The notes: generated by a model from the letters alone, not told the origin. Positions 38,838-52,256 are shown, counted from the first letter of the whole stretch. The stretch is 63,694 nucleotides of DNA, filler included, from Octopus bimaculoides (GCF_001194135.2; 5 parts of 4 records of this genome joined end to end with filler, not necessarily neighbours in it); one strand, 5' to 3'. Program-made: numbers and translations.

Positions 38838-40933
38838 GGGTCGAGTAGGTGGATGCCGTGGGCGTAGACCCCGGTAAAGTCGACTGGAGGGTGCAATAAT
38901 CTCCTGCACGTGCATTGCTGGCATTTTGCATAAGCACTGGCCAGAGATGTTATTCCGCAGTCGCCAGTGGACAACCTTCATATAACACACACACATATAT
39001 ATAAATAAATATTTCCTTCTCGAACTATGCCAGGCTCATGAGAGCCGGTTTCCTGATTTCAATGGCGTATATATTCTCCACTTGGACGGGACGCCGGTCC
39101 GTCACAGGATTACTCATTTTTGCCAGCTGAGTGGACTGGAGCAACGTGAAAAAATAATAACAAATAAATATATATATATATATGCGCATGAGTGGTAAGT
39201 AGCTTGTTTACCAGCCACATGGTTCCGGGTTCAGTCCTACTGCGTGGCACCTTGGGCAAATGTCTTCTGCTATAGCCTAGGGCCGACCAAACCTTTGTGA
39301 GGAGAATTGGTAGACGGAAACTGTTGACAATCGATGCTGGTGTGTTTATGTCCCAGTAACTTACGGTTCGGCAAAAGAGACCCATAGAATAAGTATTAGG
39401 CTCACAAAGATTTAGTCCTCGGATCGATTTGTTCAACTACAGGCGGTGCCCCAGCAAGGCCGCAGTCAAATGACTGAACGAGTAAAAGGGTAAAAAACAA
39501 AAAGAGTAAAATATGCATATGTGTATGTAAGTAGAGAGAAGGAGGAGGGGAATGTTACCATTTCAAGACTAGAACTGTTATTGCCTCTAATGATTTTTCT
39601 TTTCCTTACTGTCTATTAACCCCACTTAACTATAATTTCTTCATCCGAAAGGTATTTTATATTACTGAAACAGTCAAATTTTCCGTCCAAACTAGGATAC
39701 ATATTGATTTCAAATTTGGCACCAGGCCAGTAATTTCGGGGGAAGAGGCTAAATCCATTACATCGACCCCAGTGCTCAACTGGTGCTCTTATTTTATTGA
39801 CCCCGAAAGGATGAAAGGCAAAGCTGGCCCCAGCGGCATTTAAATTCAGAACGTAAAGTCGGAAGAGACACCGCTAAGTATTTTGTCTGGTGCAAAACGA
39901 AATAAAAATAGAATCTAAATACATTTTCAACAAGAAAAAGTCCTCAATAGTGCGGCAATCCGTCTAGAGTAGTTCGAAGGAAACTCCACGCAAAACGTTC
40001 AGGATTACTCTGCTGTCCCCAAGGCATCGAAAGTACTCTCTCCCAATGTCTTTCCTCCAACAAAGAAAAGCATACCAAGAGTAGACCCATTCGGACACAC
40101 CATTTTTGCCTGCGGTATCCATCTTCGGATAAATACAAAAGAAGGCGGAACCTCCCTATCTACTCTCACCTTCCTTTTCAATAGTACTTGAAGAAGTTGA
40201 TGCATGCTTAGCCAAATGGGAAAATACCTACCCTCAAACTCTTCAGACGCGTACACTTAACGACTTCTTTCACCAAAGCCATTTAGCAGAGAAGAATGTA
40301 TCACCTTTCACTACAAATGGAATGATGTAGGTCGATTTTCAGTGTCGGCATCCGGTTTCGTCCTATATGTGACTACAGTTGTCCGACAAAAACATACAAA
40401 TAATTAATGAACAGTGACTAAACAATGGCATGGAAGACATTTTTGTCCCTTTGTATGCTTCTCCGACAGGTTTGGCTATTGGCACTTTCATGCCTGAATA
40501 GCTTGTTTCAAATAGGTAAACTCTCTCTGTAGCATGGCTATGCCAAGGACTTCTACAAGTTGTTCAATCCAGAAGCAACAGCTTAAATTGTTATTCTCGA
40601 TACCCAGAGTTAATATCAAGCCATCGTTATTCATACCATCAACGACAGTTTTTTCCCCTCTGACAGTCTTGTCCATCTTGCTGTGAGCGCTTGGTAACAT
40701 TCTAGGTGACAAAAGTCCAGTAACAGTCTGAGATAAAATAAAATACCAGTTATGTAATATGATCTATTTAATCTTCATAGATCTCCAACAAAAATGTTTA
40801 GTTTTAATCCAGAATTTGATATCCAACAATAATGAATCTTTCAATCCCGACCTGAACTGATAGTCTATTGATTGTTGTTAGGTTGTATTAGTTTTTGTTG
40901 ATTTTTGTTTTAGTAACAGTATATGAATTTACG

Positions 40934-41155
40934 AAGACGGCGAGCTGGCAGAATCGTTGGCACGTCGGGCGAAATACTTAGCGATATTTCGTCTGCCGTT
41001 ACATTCTGAGCTTAAATTCCGCTGAGGTCTACTTTACCTTTTATCCTTTCGGGGTCGATAAATTAAATACCAGTAGCTTACTGGGGTCGATCTAATCGAC
41101 TGGCCCCCTCCCCAAAACTTTCGAGCCTTGTGCTTAGAGTAGAAAAGAATATTAT
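40934..41155 (+). mobile_element. Representative of an abundant ~220-bp tRNA-like SINE family
   Basis: GGCGAGCTGGCAGAATCGTT (A-box-like)...TTCTGAG.TTAAATTCCGC (B-box-like)...TTTATCCTTTCGGGGTCGATAAA...GGGGTCGAT. Other copies: ~9466-9640(+), 11405-11500(-), 36905-37125(+), 38745-38845(+), 39705-39900(-), 45036-45220(+), 45246-45440(-), 46850-47422(-, three parts), 48290-48430(+), 49097-49290(+), 49570-49760(+), 50405-50560(+), 54815-54960(-), 60510-60717(-). Confidence 0.8.
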
Positions 41156-41400
41156 AAGAATTTATTATTGTTGCTGTTGTTCTAGTCTTCATGTAGCTGT
41201 TCTTTTTGCTGTTGGTCAAGTTTAATTGCATCGTTAATATTATTTTGTCACTACATTCTTGCTATGCGTATTAAGTTATACATACATGTGCTTCTTTTAT
41301 TTATCTATGTGAATGTATATGCATAGCATATACACACAAACAAACAAGCAAACACACACATATTAAGGTACATGTATTTTGTGTACATTATGTATAGGTG

Positions 41401-41443
<43 letters not shown>

Positions 41444-42103
41444 GTCTATATATATACCCATACATATACGCGCATCTACGTGTTTATATATGTGTGTCTC
41501 CGTGTATGTATTAATGAGTCAGTGTCTATTTCTCTTATACAATGAATATGTAGTGTCCAGTGTTTATTCTACGTCGATTGTAACTGAGCTCTGTGTGTAT
41601 CTGTTTATATCTGTGATATGTTGTGTTTGGAATGATGGACGAGATAAAGACAAAGTGAAAGATCTGGGAGGATAGTTATTGACTGAAAGAGAGCAAGGAG
41701 GAGACAAAGAATGGGTGAAAGAGAACGATGAGAGATAAGTTGAGATCTAGATAGAGATTACGTGAGAGATAATAGGTGTGATGTTTCTTAACTCAGACAT
41801 ATTAAAATGCACATATGTATCTGCAGATGTGTGTGCGGAGAGGAGGAACAGAAAGAGAGACAGATAAAGAGAGACAAATTTAAAGATAGTGAAGAAGAGA
41901 AAAATGGTGATAGAGAGCTAGTATAAACACTAATCGCGACACTACATGACTTCGAAAATTTACAAACATTTACCACCCAAGAGGACTAATTCCACGAAAA
42001 ATGAAACGTCAGTTTTATACAATGTAGATAAATCTTTTGTTTACAGTTTCATTAAAAAACTTATATATAGGCGTGTATATATACGTACATATATATCATG
42101 ATA

Positions 42104-42182
<79 letters not shown>

Positions 42183-43784
42183 GATAATATTTTTAATACA
42201 AACAATTGAAACTTTATAGTTTCGTTAACACCAGTGTGAGATTGTAAAAAAAACAACAAGACTCTTTACAAATCTCGAACCAAATATCTTTCACTTGCCA
42301 GGTGATCATGTTACTTGTTACATACAAACTCAGTTGGTGTTCTCCTCTTACTCAAATTTGGTATAAATGTTTATCTATTTCAACTGAACTTTTAACCTCC
42401 GGAGAGTACTCGCCTACTTCGCAGGTAAGAAAACCACTTAGTTTTGCGAAAGAATGTGTTACAGTATATTCATAAATATGTAAATGCTGTGTAGGAAGGA
42501 AAACTTATTGACGTTTGAGGTGCATACCTTTTGTCAAGATGGGAAAGTAAGAAAATAGAATATGGAAAGAAAAATAATCCCTACACAGGAGTCATAGTTA
42601 TACTTGTTGAAAGAAATAAGTGGATTGATAGCTATGTACTATCGGAGTTTAAGAGGGTTACTGTTGTTTAATCCCAGGCCGGCCCTGTTCGAGCAAGCCT
42701 ATAATGAAATCAATACAAGCGGTGATCAGAATTACATTGTCCAAAATGTCCTTTATTTAAGACGTTGCCCAGAGAATTGAGAAGGGGATCCACAGGTTCA
42801 AGAAACCCGATGTGCTGTGAATTACTTTAAGCAGATGTCCTTCAAGGGATCTGCAAAAAATAATCATCGACAGGTTTCGTCTTTGTACAAAGCATTACGT
42901 TGTTGCAGTAAATGACACTGCTGGAAGTTCAAGTGATATAGTCAACAACCTTTAGACTATATATAGGAACCTAAAAATTTATCATGTTAAAACTGAGCAA
43001 GAAGTTCGCGTAGGTCATGATCACATCTAAAGGATGGTAATAGGGTTTCAGGAAAGGTGGCAGAGGTATCTGGGTCAGACTGAAGAAGGCGGAAATCAAA
43101 ACTATTTAAAAGTGTTTCTTTTTCACAATGTAAATGCAGATGTACAAGATCAACGAGAAAGAAAATAAAGGCTTAAGTGGGATCCAGGTGGAAATAAAAG
43201 CCAGTGCTTCCTTTGTTAGTATCGAAAAGTAAGTAATTAACATCAGTTTTCTTGAGTTAGCGAGGGATAAACAAGTTTTTAACTGTAAACAGGTATTTTC
43301 ATTTTGCAAATTTTTTCCACATATACAACACAAAAATTGTTCGTAAATCATGATTCTGGAAAATATTCCTTGATTCTCAATTCGCTTGATTGTCATGTTA
43401 GAAACGATCGAACGCAAATTAATCACAACAATTCTGCTGCTGCTTTAAGCTACATTCGCTGATTTGCCATTACCAATCAGTATTGATATCTCAGGATTTA
43501 CTTCTATATTTTCTAAGTCTCTTTATCAGCAAAATATGTCTATCAGCAGGATCATTCAAACTTAGCGGTATTTAATAACTGCGCAAGTTGAAACCTACGC
43601 AGACTAAATGTAAACGAATAGCCGAAAATTAGTTATAGCTCTATCATCCAACAAAATATTAAATAAACAGTTGTAAACTACTGAGGAGTGGATAAGCAAA
43701 CTCACATACTAAGTAAATGCATATAGACATGATTGATGATAAAAATATAGGTATTGTTTTTATTGCTGGCATTACGGTTTTCAT

Positions 43785-44171
43785 GGGAGGCGCAATGGCC
43801 CAGTGGTTAGGGCAGCGGACTCGCGGTCATAGGATCGTGGTTTCGATTCCCAGACCGGGCGTTGTGAGTGTTTATTGAGCGAAAACACCTAAAGCTCCAC
43901 GACGCTCCGGCAGAGGATGGTGGCGAACCCTGCTGTACTCTTTCACCACAACTTTCTTTCACTCTTACTTCCCGTTTCTGTTGTGCCTGTAATTCAAAGG
44001 GTCAGCCTTGTCACACTGTGTCACGCTGAATATCCCCGAGAACTACGTTAAGGGTACACGTGTCTGTGGAGTGCTCAGCCACTTGCACGTTAATTTCACG
44101 AGCAGGCTGTTCCGTTGATCAAATCAACTGGAACCCTCGACGTTGTAAGCGACGGAGTGCCAACAACAACA
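43785..44171 (+). mobile_element. Full-length tRNA-derived SINE with (CAA)n tail and 11-bp target-site duplication
   Basis: Pol III A box TGGCCCAGTGG and B box GGTTTCGATTCC. Tail CCAACAACAACAAC. TSD ACGGTTTTCAT at 43774-43784 and 44172-44182. Confidence 0.9.
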
Positions 44172-47100
44172 ACGGTTTTCATTATCGCCAGCAGTAGCAG
44201 CAGCAGCCCTGAAATCAATGTTTATTCTACAAAAAGGTATTGCAGAAACCCAGCTGTTACGGTTCAAATGTCGTTTTTTGCTAATTGCTACTATTTTACT
44301 GAGAAAAAAATAAATTGATGTTTCTCTTCTTAGCCATCTTTTATATTGACCTAATTCACATACTTGAAGGTAAAGGAAGTAGTGGATTGAATGTACCCCC
44401 GGACATACTGACAGACTACTTACCCTACACATACCAACACGTTTTAAATAAACGAATGACTCAGAGGTATGACAGACAAAGACTACCCAATGTGATTTGA
44501 ATGCAGCACATAAATGAATATAAGTACAGTAGGTAATAAGGAGATTACTAAGGATGTGTCAAAAAAAGGATAAATAAAAAAATTCATGTTTATATTTTTA
44601 GTATTTTGTGAAATGTTTGAGAAATCTTTAAATAGACTTGGAAGACACCTGGTATTTTTCTGATTAAATAAAAGACATAATTTCTTATAACATCAGTAGG
44701 GAACAGATCTATTGTCACGCTTGGTTGCATCATCTCAATAGGTTAACAACCGAAAGGTTATTGTGTTTATTAGAGCAGTTTTATAAAAACACAGGTGAAT
44801 AAAAACACAAACTGAATGGAAAGTAATATTTAACAGAGCAGAGTAAAATAAATGAATCTCAAGTTCAAGAGAATTAAGATTAGGCCAAGTTCAAAATTTA
44901 TGATTTGTTTGTCTATGTGGTATAGTATTTAGGTGAGTATTTAGCTGTGTCAATGTTCTGCATAGACTGATTAAAACAAATTTCCTAATTCTTTTGTTCG
45001 TTGCTTAGATATGCTCCAATATTTGAATGATGTTAAACGGCAACCTGGTAGAATAACTAGGCAAATTGCTTAGCGGTATTTCGTCCGTTTTCACCTTCTG
45101 AGTTCAAATTCCACCAGGGTCAACTTTGCCTTTCATCTTTTCAAGGTTGAGCACTGTAGTCGATTTAATCGACCTACCCACTCACCCGAACTTGCTGGCT
45201 TTGTGCCAAAATTTGAAACCAATATTTGAATGATGTAAATATATTGATTTCAAATTATGGCACCAGTCCAGCAATTTCGTGGGATTGGGCAAGCTGATTA
45301 CATCGACCCCAGCGCTCGACTGGTACATATTTCGTAGACTTCGAAAGGATGAAAGCAGAGAAAAGCAGACCTCGATGGCATTTGGACTCAGAACATAAAA
45401 ATAGACGAAATGCTGCTAAGCATTTTATCCAGCTCGTTACCGTGAATGATGTAAATATATTAATTCGAAATATGACAATATAAGGGGATTAAGGATATTT
45501 TACTAGCTGTTATTTTGTTAATTTTGGCAAATGAGTTGTTAACTTTCAGTATTAAGCACAATACACCTACCACATGTAGTAATAGCACCGGCAGTAAAGT
45601 GCTCCACAAGGTTGTTTTCTCTTTCATAAACGCTTCTCAGACAGTGCAGTGCAGTGTGAGTTTCTTTTTTATTTAATTTAAAACTTTAGAAAATCAGCAC
45701 TAATTCGACAAAAATGTGTTACACATTTTGTATATATATATGTATATATATATGTGTGTGTGTGTGTTATACATTTCTTCCGAGGCACAAGTCCGGATAA
45801 GGTTGTTTACGGAACCCCAGCAGTCACCCATGCATAACAGCCTCCCTTCTCCACGCCACCAATCTTATCCAAGGTAAAGGCAAAGGCCAATACAGCTTGG
45901 CACCAGTGACGTCGCAACTCATGTCTACAGTTGCGTGAACTGGAGCAATGTGAAATAAAATGTCTCGCTTAAGAACACAACACATAACCCAATCCTGGAA
46001 TCGAACTCACTAACTCACGATTGTGCGCCCGACGCTCTAACCACTGAGCCATATACCGTTCTCATAGTGAAGGCACATGGTTCAGTGATTAGAGCATTGG
46101 GCTTTCAGTCATGAGGTAGTGAGTTCGATTCTTTATTACAAATTTATGTAGATTACTAGAAAACGATATAAAGTGTTTTTTCTCAGAACGGATTTTTCAA
46201 TAGTTTCCATTTTAACGAACGAGAAAGATCCTGTGTTTGAATTTACCCAGTGTAGCTTTTTTCATGGACAATGACCTGCAATAAACTTCAAAAGCAATTG
46301 ACGACAATGATTGTTTCTAAGTTAGGTACAAGTCCAAGGAGGAGAACTAGTTGATATCATCGACCTTCCACTTTCCCAGATACTTGACAAGTACTTTAAG
46401 CACAGAATGTAGAATGTTGGGACAGAAACCGCAAGTATATTATTTAACACCATAACAATTCAGTTTGGATACAAAGAAGAAAAGATTTCTTGCAAAACAT
46501 TCAAATAAATGCCAGTATTTGACTGATACTATTTTATACACCAGATAATGATGACGTGCAGACAAATGCATCAGAATTTAAACTCGAAATATAAAGGGAG
46601 GTAATTAAATATTGGAAGGATTTTCGTTCAGAGCTGTCCAGACTCTGTCTCAGAAAAGTTATTTCTAATTCAGGCACTAGGCCAGCAAGTTTGAGGAGAC
46701 AAGAGTTTGTCGATACCATCAACTCCAGTACTTGATTGGTACTTTGTTTTATCGTTGTCGGTGGAATCTGAACTCGGAATGTAGAAGAGGAAGCGGAACC
46801 ATGTAAATTATTTTTCCGATGCACTAACAATTGTGCAATAATAATTATTTCTAACATAGAAACAAGGGAAGAAATGTTGAGATAGAGAAACAGTACTTGA
46901 CTGGTTCATTATTTTATCTACCTTAAAGGGATAAAAGGCAAAGTTGATCCCGGCAAGATTTGAATTCGGAACATAAAATGTAGTGTCTAAATATCGATTT
47001 CTAATTTTGGCACAAGGTAAGCAGGTTCAGGGGAGGGGATAAGTCGATTACATCAACCCCAATGCATAACTGGTGCTTATTTTATCGGCCCCGAAAGGAT

Positions 47101-49321
47101 AAAAGGCGAAGTCGATCTCGGCGGAATCTGAACTGAGAACATAAAGACGAACAAAATCCTGTTTAGTATTTTGCTAACGATTCTGCTAGCTCACCGCATT
47201 AGTCATGTCTAAATATCAGTTTCAAATATCGGCTGAAGGCCAGCAATTTTGAGGGAGGTGTAAGTCGATTACATTGACCCCAGTGTGCCGCTGGCATTTA
47301 TTTTATCAGCCCCGAAAAGACGAAAGGCTAAGCCGAACTCGGCGGAATTTGAACACAGAATATAGTCCTGTCTAAATATCGCAAAGTATTTTGTCTGACG
47401 TTTTAACGATTCTGTTGTTCACAGACCACTAACGTTACCTTTATCAACCATTTACGACGTATTTAACAGGGTCGTCTGGTACTCGTTCCTCATTCCAACT
47501 AGAGTCATCACGGTATTTGATTTATCTTCTGTTTGAGTTAACATTAGATCAAGCAAACTAGAACTGTCTTTTCAAAATAACAAAAGCGAAAAACGAAACC
47601 TCCCTTTGTGCGTTTTACAATAAGGTTAACAAGGACAATCAGACAGTGAAATACCTTTGTCAGGCAGACGGTGTAGTACTAGAACTAGATATAAACTTGC
47701 TGATCCACCAGTTGGAAGGTCATTAAACAATATGCACTGCAACCAAATAAGTAGATATATTCATAGAAACGTATATATTTCTCGTATTTCATGACTGAGA
47801 GATTTTCTGCTGGTTTAGTAACATAAAAGCAAACTATTGGATTTCTCCAGTTTCGCATGATACAGCTTTTATTTTACTATTTCAATGTCTTAAACACAAA
47901 ATATAGGTTTTGTCATAGATCTTAGTCACGAATCAATGCTTAACATTTATTTTCTTTGCATGTCAAAACATTGATTTTATCTATGTTTAAATATTGCATC
48001 TCAACATGATCGAGATGAAATTTTAAAACAAAAGAGAAAAGTAATTTTAATTTTTCTGGAGTATCGAAAAAAAATGCCTGACAATGGCGGTAATAGTTCC
48101 AAGTTCAAAATCCACTTCTGTCAACTTTGCTTTCCCTCTTTGCAGAGTTGACCGAGACATATTTAATCGACTCTCTCTTATTTATAGTATTTTGCCCTTA
48201 TGAGAAAATTTTGCCAAACATACTACTTAACAGATATTAGTGTTGAAAAAATGTTTTCTAATATTTGTTCCAGTTTTTTTTTTTTTTTTTTACGTTCTGA
48301 GTTCAAATCCCACTGATTTCAACAGTTGCCTTTCATCCTTTCAGAGTCGGTAAGATAATACCAAATTCTTTGGATTCGATGGCATCGGCCACCCAACTCC
48401 TTTCATAATTGCGGGCTTTTTTGCCTAGATTAGAAACAACTATTACATGCAGTAGATTAGACATGGTAGATGGTATTAACAATGGTTTTTACCAGGAGTT
48501 CAAACATTATTACAAAAATATTACCGAATTACAAAAAATACAATTCTCTATAAGCATTCGGTATAAAAGTGCGTGTGATAGTGCGCACGCGCACGTATGT
48601 CTGTGTAATATATTAATGAAATCAGCATTTTGCATTTAATGAGTTTTGTGATACTTTATAATACTCTCATATTTTTATGTATATCACCAGGGGTCCTCAC
48701 TTAACTATCCACAACAGTGATTTCATAGTCAATGAGTTCGAATTCCGCCAAATCAACATCGCCATTCATACATCCGTTTCCGAGTAAATGCGTACCAATC
48801 AATTTCTGAAAACGCTTTAATTGCCTGTACCCACCCATCAAATATGTTGCTTTATGCTTGTACTAGAAAATGCTATTTCCCACAGTGATATGATAACATG
48901 AAGGCGTTAGAAGTGTGATATCTGTTAAACACAGAGATAAACAAAACTATTTTAGAAACAAAATAATCTGTTAGTAATCACTACTGACGTGAACAATGTG
49001 CTTGTTATATTGAGCAGTGACGTTATGTAATTGATGATATCCATATAACACAGTAAGTGGATGATTTGTGATGACACATCTTAATATTTATACAGTAAGG
49101 AGGAGGCAAACTGACAGAATCGTTAGTACGGCGGGCGAATACTTAGCGGCATTTCATCCGATCTGAGTTCAAATTCCTCCCAGGTCGACTCTGTCTTTCA
49201 TAAATTCGGAATCAACAAAATAAATACCTATTAAACGCATGGGTCGATGTCATCGACTTAACACCCCAGAATTGCTGTTATTGTGCCATAATTTGAATAA
49301 TAAAAATGCGCCCCTTTTCAA

Positions 49322-49537
49322 GCCTAGCCAGGCTCATGGGCCCGGTTTCCCGGTTTCTATGGCGTATGGCCAGTCCATCGCAGCGTTACTCATTTTTTGC
49401 CAGCTGAGTGGACTGGAGCAACGTGAAATGAAGTGTTTTGTTCAAGAACACAACGCGTCCCCCGGTCCAGGAATCGAAACCACAATCTTACGATCATGAG
49501 GCTGACACCCTAACCACTAAGCCACGCACCTTCACTG
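49322..49537 (-). mobile_element. tRNA-derived SINE, fourth family
   Basis: Minus strand head GTGAAGGTGCGTGGCTTAGTGGTTAGG...GGTTTCGATTCCTGGACC followed by TTCACGTTGCTCCAGTCCACTCAGCTGGC. Related pieces at 39025-39150 and 45781-46060. Confidence 0.75.
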
Positions 49538-49856
49538 CCTTAATTTGAAAACAATATTTATTAAGTGTAGGTCGGTGAATTGGCAGCATCGATATGGCTT
49601 CGGACAAAATAATTTGCAGGATTGTGTCTCTTTAGTTCATTATTTCAAATCCTGCCAAAGTCGATTTTGCATTTATTCCTTCCTGTCAGCTACTTTCTTT
49701 CTGCCTGTCAATAATTAGCGTTGATATAATCGAGTATAATAATCCCCCAAATTGAGATCCTGTTTCTATTCTAGAAAACTACATTTATTCGCTATTTCTC
49801 CCAGTTAATCATTTGACGTATGAAACATTTTCCCACAAATTTGACGTATCCCTGCC

Positions 49857-49909
<53 letters not shown>

Positions 49910-51180
49910 AGTCACACACACACAAACAAGCAGACTTTCTCATTAGCTTTACTGCACATATGTTTCCAGATATTTTATTTCTGTTTAGGTTTATATTTTA
50001 ATAACTTATAAAAATAAATTAGATTTAAATAGAAAATTAATTTGAGTATTTTAGTTATAGAAATTTAATACCGCGTAATTTGTTCTCATCAATTTTTAAT
50101 TAGACACACTGACTTTCAGTTAATAAATGAGGGTTAATGAACTTGTTGTAATTATCATCTATATCTTTTAAGTTGATAAGAGGGTGTGGGCTATACAGAA
50201 TCTTTAGAGAGTTACATAAAATGTCTTGCAGTAATGCAGTGTTTCTAGTGAACTAATCGGAAAATGATACGAGGCAATGATCAAAACATTTACAGGCAAT
50301 CCTAGTCTGGTGTAAACGAGGGAATTGGTATTTAGCCTACGCAGCGATAAGTCGATGTCTGCAAAGAAAACTTGAGCGCCGAGGGAATTACAGAGAGGTT
50401 CCAGAAGGGTGGTGAACTGACAGAATCGTTACAGCATCAGACAAAATGTTTTACAGTAACTGTTCTGGCTTGTTGCATTTTTTTTGTTTTTTTTTCAAAG
50501 CGTACCGAGGTTAATTTTGCCTTTCATGTTGCCAAGGTCAATACAATAAAGTACCAGTCCAGGACAGTGAATTGGCAAAATTATTAGATAAAATGCTTTG
50601 CAACATCTGCTCTGTCTCTTTGAATTGGGAATACCCATGTAGATGTGTCAAAGTTTTCATTTCTCTCATTTAGCAAAATGACGTCTTATAAAAGAAACAA
50701 CTGAAGAGAATCATCGGGATACTGTCTTTGAGTTTTCCATGAAACTTCCATGACAAGTTCATAGCTCCTATCAGAAGTTTTAGTTGAATCGATAGCACAA
50801 GAAAGAGATTTTGTGGACTTGTTATAATTAACTGTTTAACATGAGCAGAAGCCATAATTACTGGCACTGGAATTGGTAGAGTGGAAATAGTGCGTGTCTG
50901 TTTGTAGTGGAATTGCACCCATAACAATAGAATCTTTATCAATCAGTTGAACGATAACACCCCTCACATTTACCTTGATATGTGAAGTTATTCTATAAAT
51001 CTGTCTGCTACTGAAAGGATCTAAGTTGTCATGCCTACATCCAAGGCTGTTTTCCAGGATTTTGTTCAGAGAAAGAATGTAAAAAATGTCATGTGATGTC
51101 TAGGTTGCATATGTATAATATCTGTGCTCGTTAGGTTAAGGAGAGGTGATGGATGGATGAGTGATATCATCCTCATAATA

Positions 51181-52256
51181 CGAGGATTGGCTAAAAAGTT
51201 CATAGGCTGACCAAGGTATTCTCATGGAATGTAACCAAATGAGGTTTATTTTTCAACATAGACCACCTTGTGATCTACACACTTCTTCCATTGGTGTTGC
51301 AGTACTTGGATCTCATTAAGAAAAAGTTTTCGTCTTGTTGGTCAAAACAGTTATCAACAGTAGAAATGAAGTCATCATCACTTCGATGCTGGCTCCCAGA
51401 CATGTGGGTTTTTGGGGGGTATTGTTTCTTGTTCAAGAACAGATGGTCATAAAATAGGGTTAAATCAGGAAAATAGGGAGAGTAATCAATCAGTTCAAAG
51501 CCACAGTTACGTACAAACGCCATTGGAACGAAGGACTTGTGTGCTGGAGCACTGTCCTAATGAAACAGGACGCCTTTCGTCAGTTTCCTGGACGTTTTCT
51601 CTTGATAGGCTTTTGTAATTGCTTCAGCATTGTTGGTGTGACCTTCTTCAAGATAGTCAATAAACACAATGACATACATTTGCGTCTCATAAACTGCGCT
51701 GTGCTTTTGATCAGATGTCAGAAGACGTGGCAACCACGGAGCAGAAACCTTCATCACGCCAAGTTCATTGTTCAGAATATTCTCAACTCTCTCGGGGAAA
51801 TACTAATAGTATTGGATATTTCATTTATTGTCAATCGCTTATCATTCATCACCATGTGGTGAATATGATCAATGTTCTCCTTGGTGGTCGCAGTTTCAGG
51901 ACGTCGAGACCTTGGTTCATCTTCAAAACTCTCCCATCCCCTCCTAAATTCCACTTTTGTAGTATCAATAAAGCTGGATTGTCATCCTCCAATGTAGTAA
52001 ACATGTCAGCACGAATGTCCTTGTGAGCTAACTGCATGTACTTGAAAACACCATAACACCACGATGCTAAATTTTTTCCATTTTCAAGAGAAGTCTCTAC
52101 GTCTTACTTTTGAAGTTTGAACAGTAAGATGTCAGTTTACCTGAAAAGAAACAATGCAGTTATTAATAAGGAGAATTAAAATTAATGAATGCAAGATTTC
52201 ACAGTTCTAGCATCACTCCTTTATAAACAGCCTATGAACTCTTCAAACCAATCTCG
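51181..52256 (-). mobile_element. Decayed, internally deleted mariner (Tc1/mariner) DNA transposon with frameshifted transposase
   Basis: Imperfect ~30-bp TIRs (CGAGGATTGGCTAAAAAGTTCATAGGCTG / CAGCCTATGAACTCTTCAAACCAATCTCG), each flanked by TA. Minus-strand fragments: FRRGWESFEDEPRSRRP (HTH), WLPRLL (WVPHEL-like), YSPYFPDL (YSPDL-like) and DDDFISTVDNCFDQQDENFF. Confidence 0.9.

Noticed and set aside
43786-43856. tRNA gene
   Set aside because: It has A/B boxes but no complete acceptor stem or T-run terminator. It continues into a SINE body with a tail and TSD.
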